From the NCBI GenBank assembly GCA_963666315.2, contig CAXXHG010000024.1, positions 64,001-128,000 on the forward strand: a stretch of DNA of 64,000 nucleotides, in the 5' to 3' direction. A program made the position numbers and the translations under genes. Below are positions 49,498 through 58,173 of the stretch, in pieces. Position 1 is the first letter of the stretch; each line of letters starts with the position of its first letter. This DNA is from Candidatus Binatia bacterium. Lineage in GTDB: Bacteria > Desulfobacterota > Binatia > Bin18. The notes under the pieces are model-generated. The model was not told the origin of the DNA, made no database searches, and worked only from the letters and a program-made list of their open reading frames with translations.

Positions 49498-50016
49498 CTA
49501 CGGTTGACGGACCTGCCATTCCCCGGCGAGTCGTTGCGCCTCCGCCACCTGCTGCGGCGTCATCTTTTCCTCAACAATGGATCTATTGCGAGCGGCTTGT
49601 TCGTGCGTTTCTCCGGTGGAGTTTGCCGCGGCCAGGTTGACCCACTTGTGTGCCTGGACGTAATTCTGCGCAACCCCTTGGCCGGTGAAGTACATGACGC
49701 CCAGACTGTACTGCGCGTTGGCATCGCCTTGGTCGGCGGCCTTGCGGTACCAGACCACCGCTTGTTTGTAATCCTGCACAACCCCTCGGCCTTTATGGTA
49801 CATGACCCCCAGATTGAACTGGGACCAGGTCTCGCCTTGGTCGGCGGCCTTGCGGTACCAGACCACCGCTTGTTTGTAATCCTGCACAACCCCTCGGCCG
49901 TTGCCGTACATGAAGCCCAGACTGACCTGCGCTTCGGCGTCGCCTTGGTCGGCTCGTGCCCGGAGCGCAGCGATGTCGTCCGCGTGGGCGTCCGGGTTAC
50001 AGTGGAGGGCAGTCAC
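49498..50016 (-). CDS. Sel1-like repeat protein (signal peptide apparently frameshifted)
   Basis: ADQGDAEAQVSLGFMY.NGRGVVQDYKQAVVWYRKAA repeats; near-identical 108 bp DNA units. Confidence 0.9.
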   Translation of the reverse strand: MTALHCNPDAHADDIAALRARADQGDAEAQVSLGFMYGNGRGVVQDYKQAVVWYRKAADQGETWSQFNLGVMYHKGRGVVQDYKQAVVWYRKAADQGDANAQYSLGVMYFTGQGVAQNYVQAHKWVNLAAANSTGETHEQAARNRSIVEEKMTPQQVAEAQRLAGEWQVRQP

Positions 50017-50417
50017 AAGGAGGCATATGGTGTCGCATCATCGTGTCCTACCGCAGGTATGGCGGCTTGGGCAAGACATTACATTGATAGTTATTGGTTC
50101 ATAGTGGACGACGGAACCCGGAGGATTGTCCGTTCCCCTCCCACTTACCGGGGGAACAACTTCCTCGATAGTAGGCAATTTGGTATCGCACGTGCCGCGC
50201 CTGCCCGGTGTTCAACTGTTGAACCCCGTGAGACCAGATTCTCGTATATGGGCCATACCTGCTGTTTGTTGCGCCTGGCAATGCAAGAGACGCAATGTTC
50301 CTGCGTCGCTGTGACGTCGACTGATGCCACAACTTTGCAACCGGTAGGGGCTCATTCTCTGGATCACATGCCCTGTGCTCACCAACTGTTTCCTGGTGCA
50401 TCCAGCAGTGGCAGAGG

Positions 50418-50858
50418 TCAGCGTTGAATCGCTTCGATACGAGCCGCCCGCTGCTCCAGTATTGCGGCTTCCCGATCCCGTTTCATGGCTCGATAAAGGA
50501 AGGCCAGGTTGTTCAGGGTGTTAGCCACATCGGGATGGTCGGGCCCCAGCGCCTGCTCCCTTATCGCCAGCGCCCGCTTGTAGAGCGGCTCGGCCAGCGT
50601 GTACTGGCCTTGGGTTCGGTAGAGGAACGCTAGGTTGTTCAGGACCGTCGCCACAGTAGGATGGTTTGGGTCGACGTTTTTCTCGGCAATTTCAAGGGCT
50701 TTTTTTGCAACTATGACGGCACGGCCATATTGGCCCTTATCATACAGGTCCACAGCCTCCTGATTCAGGATGCCCCATTCACTGCCTGCCTCACTGGGCA
50801 AAACCGGCAGCGGCCACAACAGCAACAACACCGTGATGATGGTCGGGAGGTATTTCAC
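50418..50858 (-). CDS. Secreted TPR protein (kinesin-light-chain-like TPR_12)
   Basis: Signal peptide, then HPTVATVLNNLAFLYRTQGQY..AEPLYKRALAIREQALGPDHPDVA. Confidence 0.9.
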   Translation of the reverse strand: MKYLPTIITVLLLLWPLPVLPSEAGSEWGILNQEAVDLYDKGQYGRAVIVAKKALEIAEKNVDPNHPTVATVLNNLAFLYRTQGQYTLAEPLYKRALAIREQALGPDHPDVANTLNNLAFLYRAMKRDREAAILEQRAARIEAIQR

Positions 50859-51185
50859 GGGTCCTTCCTAGCAGAACGGGATCGAGATCGGCAAGAGAAA
50901 ACAGTCAGTGAAAGCCAGCACCGGGCGGCCAGCGGACGCCAAGTGTCGCCTGCACGGGTCGCATTGCGTCCAGGGAAGGTCTTTCCAGGTCCTTGTCTAA
51001 CCAAACTCTGAACGGCACCCAGGTATTCAAAGCCAAGCATTTGATTAACGCACGGAATACTACGATCCCGCGTGGGGCAAATATCACGTTCCATTTACAA
51101 ACAGCGCGTCTAGAAGCAGGGTTTTCCGCACAGGGGGCATTCAGGATGGACAACTCCCCTACAGACTGTCCGTAGGGAGAAGATT

Positions 51186-52016
51186 ATGTGGATTGTCGGC
51201 GTAGCTTTGTTACTTGTGGCATCACCCGCGTTTGCGCAACTCGATCTCGATAGCAATGGGAAAGTCGGCATAGGCATCACCGGCCCCAACGCCCGACTTC
51301 ATGTAGTGCACCACGGCGATACGGCGACCTTACGCCTCGCATCAAGTGGCCTCTATTTGACCATGGTGGAGTTTCAGAATACCTCCAATAATACCTGGTT
51401 TCGGATGCGGGCCGACGGCAGTGCGAGTGCGTTTGCGGGCTCGTGGTTGATGGAGAATGTCACCACCGGCGTCTACGTCATGCGGATCAAGCCGGATGCG
51501 AGCGTAGTCTTTGCTGGTAGCGTCTCGGCGCAGTCATTCGTCCAGACCTCCAGTCGCACCCAGAGGACGGCGATCACGCCGGTCGAGGGCAACGTCGGTG
51601 GGATCTCGGAGCTGGTTGACGTGCTGAACACCGTTGAGCACCGAACGGAAGAGGCGATATTGACCGGCCTGGAGGGAGAAGACGCAGAGTTGGCCGAGCA
51701 GGTGCGCGCCGAGATGTTCACGTTCGAGGATCCGCAAACGGTGGATGACCAGAGTCTGCAAGCGTTAGCGCGGGAGATTGACCGGGACCAGTGGGCTGCG
51801 GCCCTGCGGACGGCAAGTACGGGGTTGAAGGACACGCTCTTCCGGAATATGTCCGAGCGCGCCACGGAGCTGCTGAAAGATGACATGGACGCGGTTGGTC
51901 CCGTGCGGCGCAGCGTGGTAGAGGCCGCCCAGAAAGCCATTTTGGAGACGGCGACGGCACTCGAAGAGGCAGGGACCATCCAGCTCCGCAACCGTACCAA
52001 TGACAGCTTGGTGTAG
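51186..52016 (+). CDS. Chimera: signal peptide + tail-fibre-like beta region + FliG C-terminal domain
   Basis: ASPAFA|Q leader; GKVGIGITGPNARLHV; then GG...LN...E..IL..L...DAELAEQVRAEMFTFED...NMSERA..LLKDDM..GPVR..VEAAQ.I...LEEAG.I; GGGAG RBS. Confidence 0.85.
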   Translation: MWIVGVALLLVASPAFAQLDLDSNGKVGIGITGPNARLHVVHHGDTATLRLASSGLYLTMVEFQNTSNNTWFRMRADGSASAFAGSWLMENVTTGVYVMRIKPDASVVFAGSVSAQSFVQTSSRTQRTAITPVEGNVGGISELVDVLNTVEHRTEEAILTGLEGEDAELAEQVRAEMFTFEDPQTVDDQSLQALAREIDRDQWAAALRTASTGLKDTLFRNMSERATELLKDDMDAVGPVRRSVVEAAQKAILETATALEEAGTIQLRNRTNDSLV

Positions 52017-52102
52017 GGGTGCACCGCGACGAGGCGGCGAGTTTCGCTACCGCTGGGGCTCAGAGGGTTGGTAAACGCCGGAGTATTCGATATCACCACC
52101 GT

Positions 52103-52447
52103 ATGTCCAAGCAACGGCTGGCGACAATCTTGCCCCCAAAGCGCCTGACCGGACAGCAGCTACTGTGGGCGGCGGTACTAGATAATGCTGTTCAGAGTCT
52201 TGAACAGCGCGGTATTTACAACTACGGAAGAGGCAACATACGGGGCCAGAAGCGGACCCTGAGGAACGAGTCGCTGACCTGGTTACGGTCAGACCTCACC
52301 GCACCCGGCAGTTTCATATTTATCTGTGACACATTGGGCATTGATCCTGACTTCCTGCGCGAGCGACTGCTGAAGAAATATGCCGTGGGATCCGGGATTG
52401 CTGAGGCGGAAGGAAGGTTACGCCGATTCCGCGCCACTTTATCGTGA
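52103..52447 (+). CDS. Phage-type hypothetical helical protein
   Basis: LLWAAVLDNAV...WLRSD....GSFIFICDTLGIDPDFLRERL. Confidence 0.6.
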   Translation: MSKQRLATILPPKRLTGQQLLWAAVLDNAVQSLEQRGIYNYGRGNIRGQKRTLRNESLTWLRSDLTAPGSFIFICDTLGIDPDFLRERLLKKYAVGSGIAEAEGRLRRFRATLS

Positions 52448-52601
52448 CGCCCAGGGTATCCTCACCGGCCAGGTAGATCGGCACGGGTTGGGCCCTTGGA
52501 TTGTCGCACAACGAAGGAAGAAAGACACCCTATCGAACGATCAGATCCAGCGATTGGACGCGCTTGGCTTTACCTGGGATGCGAGAAAGAAAGCAGATTA
52601 G
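52400..52601 (+). pseudogene. Helicase-associated (HA) domain fragment
   Basis: LGPWIVAQRRKKDTLSNDQIQRLDALGFTWD; no proper start codon. Confidence 0.7.
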
Positions 52602-52758
52602 ATGACAAGTCACAGCGACCGTCGGCCTCGGGTTCTACGCTTTGTTGGTCGGTCCACTGGGGGCGCACGACGGGATCGGCGCCTTTTTTTGGGGGGGGGG
52701 GGGGGGGTGCTCCTGGCGGTGAGTTTGAGGGGTATCGTCGTACGCGTTGATTCCAGCG

Positions 52759-53013
52759 TCACAAACGCGGCTGTTGCTGCGCCTCCACCAGCCGCTGTTC
52801 CAGGCGGCGCGGAAGATATTTAGATAAATAGCGGCTTTTGCCCGTGTAACGTGGATGGTCCGGCCCGACGAGACTCGCTCCACCGTGGAACTTGCAAGTT
52901 CGCTTGCCAATCGTGGCAGCGCGCCCACATTGCTTCCTCCTCTGCTTCGACAACGCTTGGCAGCGATGGTGTTCGTCATACGGCTCAAACGAGTTGCGGT
53001 CTTGATCTTCCAT
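52759..53013 (-). CDS. HGGxSTG-like zinc-binding phage protein (small-terminase-associated), probably truncated
   Basis: RCQALSKQRRKQCGRAATIGKRTCKFHGGAS; AAAGGA RBS. Confidence 0.7.
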   Translation of the reverse strand: MEDQDRNSFEPYDEHHRCQALSKQRRKQCGRAATIGKRTCKFHGGASLVGPDHPRYTGKSRYLSKYLPRRLEQRLVEAQQQPRL

Positions 53014-53049
53014 GGGGCACCGTCCTTTCACGGAGTACGCACACCATGA

Positions 53050-53574
53050 TTGCACACTTTTCTGTGTGCAGGGGGGGAGACAGGCAACCGACGAGTGCTG
53101 GCACTCACCGCTTGTTTTCTCTTGCGGCCAAAGCTAAAGCCGTGCGAGAATGCGACGGCTCGGTCAGTGCCGATGACAAAGACGTTGGAAGACTTATTGC
53201 GCCCACGAGTATCGGACTCCTTGCGAAACAACTCTACGCGGTTGTTCTTGAATCAGCGCGGGCAACCCTATATATCGTGTCACAGGGCTTTTAATCGCGC
53301 TGCTAAGCAGGCAGACATTCACGACTTACACTTTCATGACCTACGCCATACTTTCGCGAGCCGCATGGTGATGTCAGGCGCGGACATCCGAACAGTGCAG
53401 GAGTTAATGGGGCACAAGACCATAAGCATGACGTTACGCTACGCGCATTTGTCCGCCGGCCATAAACAGCGTGCGATGGATACGATGGACGGAGAGTTTT
53501 CCAAGAAAAGTCCCGCGATTTCTCACAACACGGCCCATTCAGAGTACTTGCCTAAAATCCTAAAAGCTGTGTAA
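53050..53574 (+). pseudogene. Tyrosine integrase C-terminal remnant
   Basis: RSVPMT, LHFHDLRHTFASRMV..GADIRTVQELMGHKTISMTLRYAHL; the N-terminal half is missing. Confidence 0.9.
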
Positions 53575-53586
53575 TATCACAGACAT

Positions 53587-53674
53587 GGAGGGGTGGCCGA
53601 GTGGTCGATGGCGCCGGTCTTGAAAATCGGTAGAGTCTTATAGGCTCTCGTGGGTTCGAATCCCACCCCCTCCG
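53587..53674 (+). tRNA. tRNA-Ser (anticodon UGA), CCA not encoded
   Basis: GGAGGGG/CCCCTCC acceptor stem with G discriminator, CCGGT-CTTGAAA-ATCGG anticodon arm, long variable arm, GTGGG-TTCGAAT-CCCAC T arm. Confidence 0.95.
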
Positions 53675-53805
53675 TTGGCCTGCTTACCCGTTTTCACCTG
53701 CCTTCGAAAATGGCCGTCCTCATGTTGTACTTGCCGCATCACGCTGTAGAAATTCTTGTGAGAACGTCCTGTCAGTGAGGGAAGGCGGCGGCGCGAGAGA
53801 CTTCT

Positions 53806-54531
53806 TTATAGAACGCCCAGTGGAGGCATAAGCACGAGTTCGTCCGTATGAATGCTCGCCGGCTGGGTAATGACGTTCAGCATGGCGTTTGCGACGTCGT
53901 CCGCAGACAGCATCTTGCCTCGATCAAGATCCCCGCCACTTTTATCCCACAGGGGCGTATTCACCGCACCCGGAATGACTGCCGTGACTTTCACGCCGTG
54001 TGATCTGACTTCTGCAGCAATCACCTTGGTGAGACCCAGCGCGCCAAACTTCGAAGCCGTATACGCCGACGATCCGGGGAGTATCATTTGGCTCGCAATC
54101 GACAATACGTTGAGGATATGACCGCTCTTGCGGGCCAGCATGTGAGTGAGTGCATGCCTGCAGCACAGATACATGCCTCGCAGGTTGACGTTCATCAGCA
54201 GATCCCAGTCTTCCGTCCGAGATTCCATTATCGGGCCAAAGGTAGCTTCGCCGGCACTGGTGACGAGAATATCGAGTTGTCCAAATCGCTCGGCCGTTCG
54301 TGTCATGAGGGCCTCAATGTCCGACTCGTTGCCTACGTCCGTCGGAATTGCGAGTGCGTGAGCGCCGCTGTGTGAGCACTCGAGCGCGACTGCTTCCAAG
54401 GTGGTTCGGGTGCGTGCGGCTAAAACGACATGCGCGCCGGCTTGAGACAATGCCCGTGCGGTGGCTCGGCCGATTCCTGAATTTGCGCCGGTGATGACGG
54501 CAACCCGCCCGGAGAGATTTGCGGCTGTCAT
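53806..54531 (-). CDS. Short-chain dehydrogenase/reductase
   Basis: ITGANSGIG, YTASK and PGAVNT..W motifs. Confidence 0.92.
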   Translation of the reverse strand: MTAANLSGRVAVITGANSGIGRATARALSQAGAHVVLAARTRTTLEAVALECSHSGAHALAIPTDVGNESDIEALMTRTAERFGQLDILVTSAGEATFGPIMESRTEDWDLLMNVNLRGMYLCCRHALTHMLARKSGHILNVLSIASQMILPGSSAYTASKFGALGLTKVIAAEVRSHGVKVTAVIPGAVNTPLWDKSGGDLDRGKMLSADDVANAMLNVITQPASIHTDELVLMPPLGVL

Positions 54532-54556
54532 TGCGTCTCCCAAATCACGGTTAATC

Positions 54557-55411
54557 TTACACGGCTTCTTGCCCGTAATACTCGAAGAAGTTCTTGGGAG
54601 TCTCCCAGATACCGACACGAGTCAGCTGGCTGCCCAGGCGGGGGTACAAAAGGTCCCAAATGATCTTGACGATATTCTCTCCAGTCGGATTTAAGCGGCG
54701 AAATTCTTCTGTATCTCGATTGAGATGCTTATGGTCGAAGCGGTCGAGGACTTCTTCTTGAACGATCTGCATAAGCGCTACCAAATCCATGATCATTCCG
54801 GTCTGGGGATCAATCACGCCGTGGACGGTCACCTCAAGTTCATAATTATGCCCATGGCCATGGATATTATTACATTTGCCAAAGATCTTTCGATTCTCTT
54901 CGTCGGAGAGGTCTGGGCTGTGTAAACGGTGTGCAGCGCTAAATCCAAATGATTTGGTGAGTGAGGCCATATTTTTTCCTTCTCCGCCTGTGACATCCGC
55001 CCAGAGTGTAGGCTCTTCGTACAGGCGTACGCGAAAAACTTGGGCGGTGGCACTTTCCGGGTGAACCTTTGCAGAGCGTAGCGTTGCTTCGAGTTCGTCG
55101 CGCATATATGCGACGAGGTTTTCGGTCGTGGGGATACGGGTCTGAAAAGCCGGGTGGTCAAGGTTAATGAATTTGTGATCGAACTGGTTGGTGATGTCTC
55201 TCAGCAGACCGTCCAGCTCCTTGATATTGATCACCATACCTGTGTGTGGATTGCTCTGGCCGCAAACGGTCACGCGGAGTTTATAGTTGTGGCCATGTCC
55301 GTACGGACTGACACATTTGCCAAAGACTTGGAGGTTCTTTTCGTGAGAGAAGGCGGGGTTCCAGTACCGATGAGAAGCCTCAAATTCCACAGATCGAGTG
55401 AGATAATGCAT
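54557..55411 (-). CDS. Tandem-domain 6-pyruvoyl-tetrahydropterin synthase
   Basis: Two domains, FGKCVSPYGHGHNY and FGKCNNIHGHGHNY, each followed by DHK.[IL]N and PT.EN. Confidence 0.92.
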   Translation of the reverse strand: MHYLTRSVEFEASHRYWNPAFSHEKNLQVFGKCVSPYGHGHNYKLRVTVCGQSNPHTGMVINIKELDGLLRDITNQFDHKFINLDHPAFQTRIPTTENLVAYMRDELEATLRSAKVHPESATAQVFRVRLYEEPTLWADVTGGEGKNMASLTKSFGFSAAHRLHSPDLSDEENRKIFGKCNNIHGHGHNYELEVTVHGVIDPQTGMIMDLVALMQIVQEEVLDRFDHKHLNRDTEEFRRLNPTGENIVKIIWDLLYPRLGSQLTRVGIWETPKNFFEYYGQEAV

Positions 55412-55541
55412 TGTTTCCCCGGCGTGTGGATACGGCAGTTAGGATGCAGGAATGGGCTGCGAGGGTCAAGTAGGCGAAGCGAGACAAATTGTGCGGAGCA
55501 GACGTAATTTTTCTGAACGGGAGTTCACCGTGTAGTCGGAG

Positions 55542-56831
55542 TCACGGTGCACCACAGGTCAGGAGGGCTATTTCGCGGGGTGTAAAAAGACGGATCCGTT
55601 GGCCTGCCACACCGAGCCCACGGTTGACGTACAGGAAACAATTATTGTGCTCATACTGGCCGCGGGGAAAGCGAGTAATGAAACGGGCTAAGTTAAAGCG
55701 CTGGGCAGCAAATGGCAGGGCGAATTGGCCGCCGTGGGTATGGCCGGATAGTGTCAGATCGATGCCTAGCTCTGCGGCAAAAGGAAAGATATCGGGACGA
55801 TGGGACAGTAAAATACAGGGCTCATTTGGAGGGACGGATGCTTTCAGACTTGCAAGGACAGCGTCGGACTCCAGACCGCGCGTCCAGTCTTTGCCGCGGT
55901 CGTCTAATCCAATGAGGTGTAGCCGTGTTGCCTGGATTGAGAGATGGACGGCGCGATCGCGGAGGAGGGTAATATCAGTGTGACGGATGAGACCATCAGC
56001 AACGGCTTGTGCGCCGGCGTACCCGTCGTGATTGCCCAGACAGGCGAATACGCCGTAGCGCGCGCGTAAATTATTGAGGTGAGGAAAGAAGTCCGGAATG
56101 TGAGCCGGATTGGCGTCGAGGATATCGCCGGTCAAAATGATCAGGTCTGGATCGAGCGCGTTTGTCTTTTGTACAAACGTTTGCAATTCCTGCTGGGTCA
56201 GGTTCGTGCCGATATGGAGATCGCTTAAATGGACAATATTGAGCGGTGGACCGGTAGGCGGCCAATTGGGTAGTGGCAGGGTGACACGTGATATTTGGAG
56301 CTGTTTTTGGCCCTGGAGGTAGCCGTAGAGGAGCAGCGCGCTGAGGAGCAAGAGACCGCTCGTGGCGGTGACTCTAAACGTGAGCCATACGAGAGCCGGG
56401 ATAGATGTCTGTAGAGGAGAAGCAGTGGGCACCACGGTGAGGAGGAGGATGGGAATGAGTGAGAGAACTGTCCATACAGCTCCAAGCAAGGCAAGAAATA
56501 CGAGGCAAAAGACGGCTATGAGACCAAAGCCAAAATAGATACGAAGAAGAAGTCGTACAGGCGCTGGAAGATTGTCCGGACGAAACGAGGTACGGATGAG
56601 GGTAATATTGAGACTAAAGAATATGAGAGGGAGGAGGAGAGAGGTGTTTGATGCGGGTGGGGGGAGAAGGGGCAGAAAAAGGGTGAACAGCCAAACCGGA
56701 ATGAACCATTGGGCGATACTCATACATACGAGCAAGAGGGTGAAGAAGTTGGCGAAGAAGAGCCGCGCAATCGGGTTGGGCGTATGTGAAGATAATGCGT
56801 ATGTCTTTGTATCTGAGTCGGCTATTGCCAC
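55542..56831 (-). CDS. Membrane-anchored metallophosphoesterase (YkuE-like)
   Basis: N-terminal TM helices; SDLH, TGD, GNHD, LSHRP and SGHTHGGQ motifs. Confidence 0.92.
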   Translation of the reverse strand: MAIADSDTKTYALSSHTPNPIARLFFANFFTLLLVCMSIAQWFIPVWLFTLFLPLLPPPASNTSLLLPLIFFSLNITLIRTSFRPDNLPAPVRLLLRIYFGFGLIAVFCLVFLALLGAVWTVLSLIPILLLTVVPTASPLQTSIPALVWLTFRVTATSGLLLLSALLLYGYLQGQKQLQISRVTLPLPNWPPTGPPLNIVHLSDLHIGTNLTQQELQTFVQKTNALDPDLIILTGDILDANPAHIPDFFPHLNNLRARYGVFACLGNHDGYAGAQAVADGLIRHTDITLLRDRAVHLSIQATRLHLIGLDDRGKDWTRGLESDAVLASLKASVPPNEPCILLSHRPDIFPFAAELGIDLTLSGHTHGGQFALPFAAQRFNLARFITRFPRGQYEHNNCFLYVNRGLGVAGQRIRLFTPREIALLTCGAP

Positions 56832-57000
56832 AATATTGTCCGCTCAATTCTCTTTGCCTCTTTGGACCAGCTGATAGTGAAGAGTAGAGGAGCGAGGACT
56901 GCAAGTACATAGGCGGACGACTATTGAATGGGGTCTGCAAGAGCCTGAAGGATATGCATAACGCGTTGGATCTCTTCTGGCTTCACATCCTCGGGCAATT

Positions 57001-57663
57001 CTATGACAGCACGCCGCGCCGCGCCAAGCGGAATTTCTTGTCTACACAGCGCATTCGTAGGAGGGGGCTGGGGGTCTGCGTATGGACGTGAGACGGGAGG
57101 AGGCGGGACGGCTGTCTCCGGTGAGAGCGGGGGGGGGGAGGAGAGGGGATGGGAGAATTAGCTTGGGCACGCAGGATGCCAAGACCTGCAAAGCGAGAAG
57201 AATCAAGAAAGGCGCGAGAGACAACTTCTGCGTTTTTCTTGGTAAATCTATGTTTTATTATTAGTTGGTTAGCAAGATTTATGTCAGAAGGTAAGCCCGT
57301 CTGTTCATATTGAGCCAGAAGGCGTTGGAATATGGTTGGGCGTCCCAGCGCCTCACGCAGCGCGCGACAACGTTCGGTTTCATCAAGAGCGTGCTCAATT
57401 CGCAGAAAGAGATCGCCTACGCGGAGATCCTTGCCTATTGCTTCGAGGAGCCCGTATTGGCGTAAGCTACTGAGTTTTCTATTAAAAGGTCCGGATTGAG
57501 GGGCCAGACTCAGATGTTCTGATATCGACTCTCGGCTGGTGGCGACCTGGTTTTCTACACGAAAGACCTTACGGGCATCCTCCAGGCACCCTTGGAGGCT
57601 ATAAGCCGGAGCATTTGGGCTTTTGGGTCGGGGTATTTTGGCCTCAAACGGCAGAACGTCCAT
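57001..57663 (-). CDS. Hypothetical winged-helix-like protein with a degenerate C-terminus
   Basis: GGGAGG RBS; SPNAPAYSL...ARKVF...LSSLRQYGLLE; Pro-rich tail runs through a homopolymer tract. Confidence 0.55.
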   Translation of the reverse strand: MDVLPFEAKIPRPKSPNAPAYSLQGCLEDARKVFRVENQVATSRESISEHLSLAPQSGPFNRKLSSLRQYGLLEAIGKDLRVGDLFLRIEHALDETERCRALREALGRPTIFQRLLAQYEQTGLPSDINLANQLIIKHRFTKKNAEVVSRAFLDSSRFAGLGILRAQANSPIPSPPPPRSHRRQPSRLLPSHVHTQTPSPLLRMRCVDKKFRLARRGVLS

Positions 57664-58130
57664 ACTCAACCTCCCAATTTTCACTTATCTACAGGGAAAC
57701 AGGCATGTGGGTACAGCAATACACTATCAAGAAATAGATTTTACTCAAGTAAATATAGTAAACGTTACTAAATTTACATTAATTATACAAGTTTCAAAAG
57801 ATTCGAAAGTAAAGAGGCAGGAACTCTCCGGTTAGCAATTCTCCGCACGTGAATCAAGTATGAACGTGTAACAGACAAGAGAAATAAGATTCCGGGCTAA
57901 AAGCTAACAAATCAGATATAAAAGATAATAAATAGAGTAATTGTATCTTTTAATAGCTCATTTAATAGCTCTTTCTAAAATCTTTTATCACTTTATAATG
58001 CGTTTCAGATATCTTTGCTAAAAAATATAGAAATAGCTGATAAGAAATCAATATTACTCCGAATATGACTCTCAGGAAAGTCTATGTCTGCATATTCTTG
58101 TCTATTCTTGGCGTTTATTGCTTCTCTCAA

Positions 58131-58173
58131 CGGAGCTATATGCTTAGCGCCGTGGCGCACGCATATAGCTCCG
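58131..58173. other. Strong hairpin (13 bp perfect inverted repeat plus inner stem)
   Basis: CGGAGCTATATGC...GCGC-CGTG-GCGC...GCATATAGCTCCG. Confidence 0.8.

Larger units (their letters stand above)
49156..53629. mobile_element. Decayed tyrosine-integrase element in tRNA-Ser, flanked by 47 bp direct repeats of the tRNA 5' half
   Basis: ACATGGAGGGGTGGCCGAGTGGTCGATGGCGCCGGTCTTGAAAATCG at 49156-49202 and 53583-53629; integrase remnant next to the right copy; phage-type fragments inside. Confidence 0.9.

Noticed and set aside
49456-50427. 323-aa plus-strand ORF and other long antisense ORFs (e.g. 28023-28838, 34191-34913, 51473-52114)
   Set aside because: They are shadows of well-supported genes on the opposite strand and have no recognisable motifs.
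51590-52016. Functional fliG or a flagellar operon
   Set aside because: Only the C-terminal domain is present, behind a signal peptide, with no fliF/fliH neighbours.
53587-53674. Selenocysteine or suppressor tRNA
   Set aside because: The anticodon itself is UGA (reads UCA, Ser) and the acceptor stem is a normal 7 bp; tRNA-Sec needs anticodon UCA.
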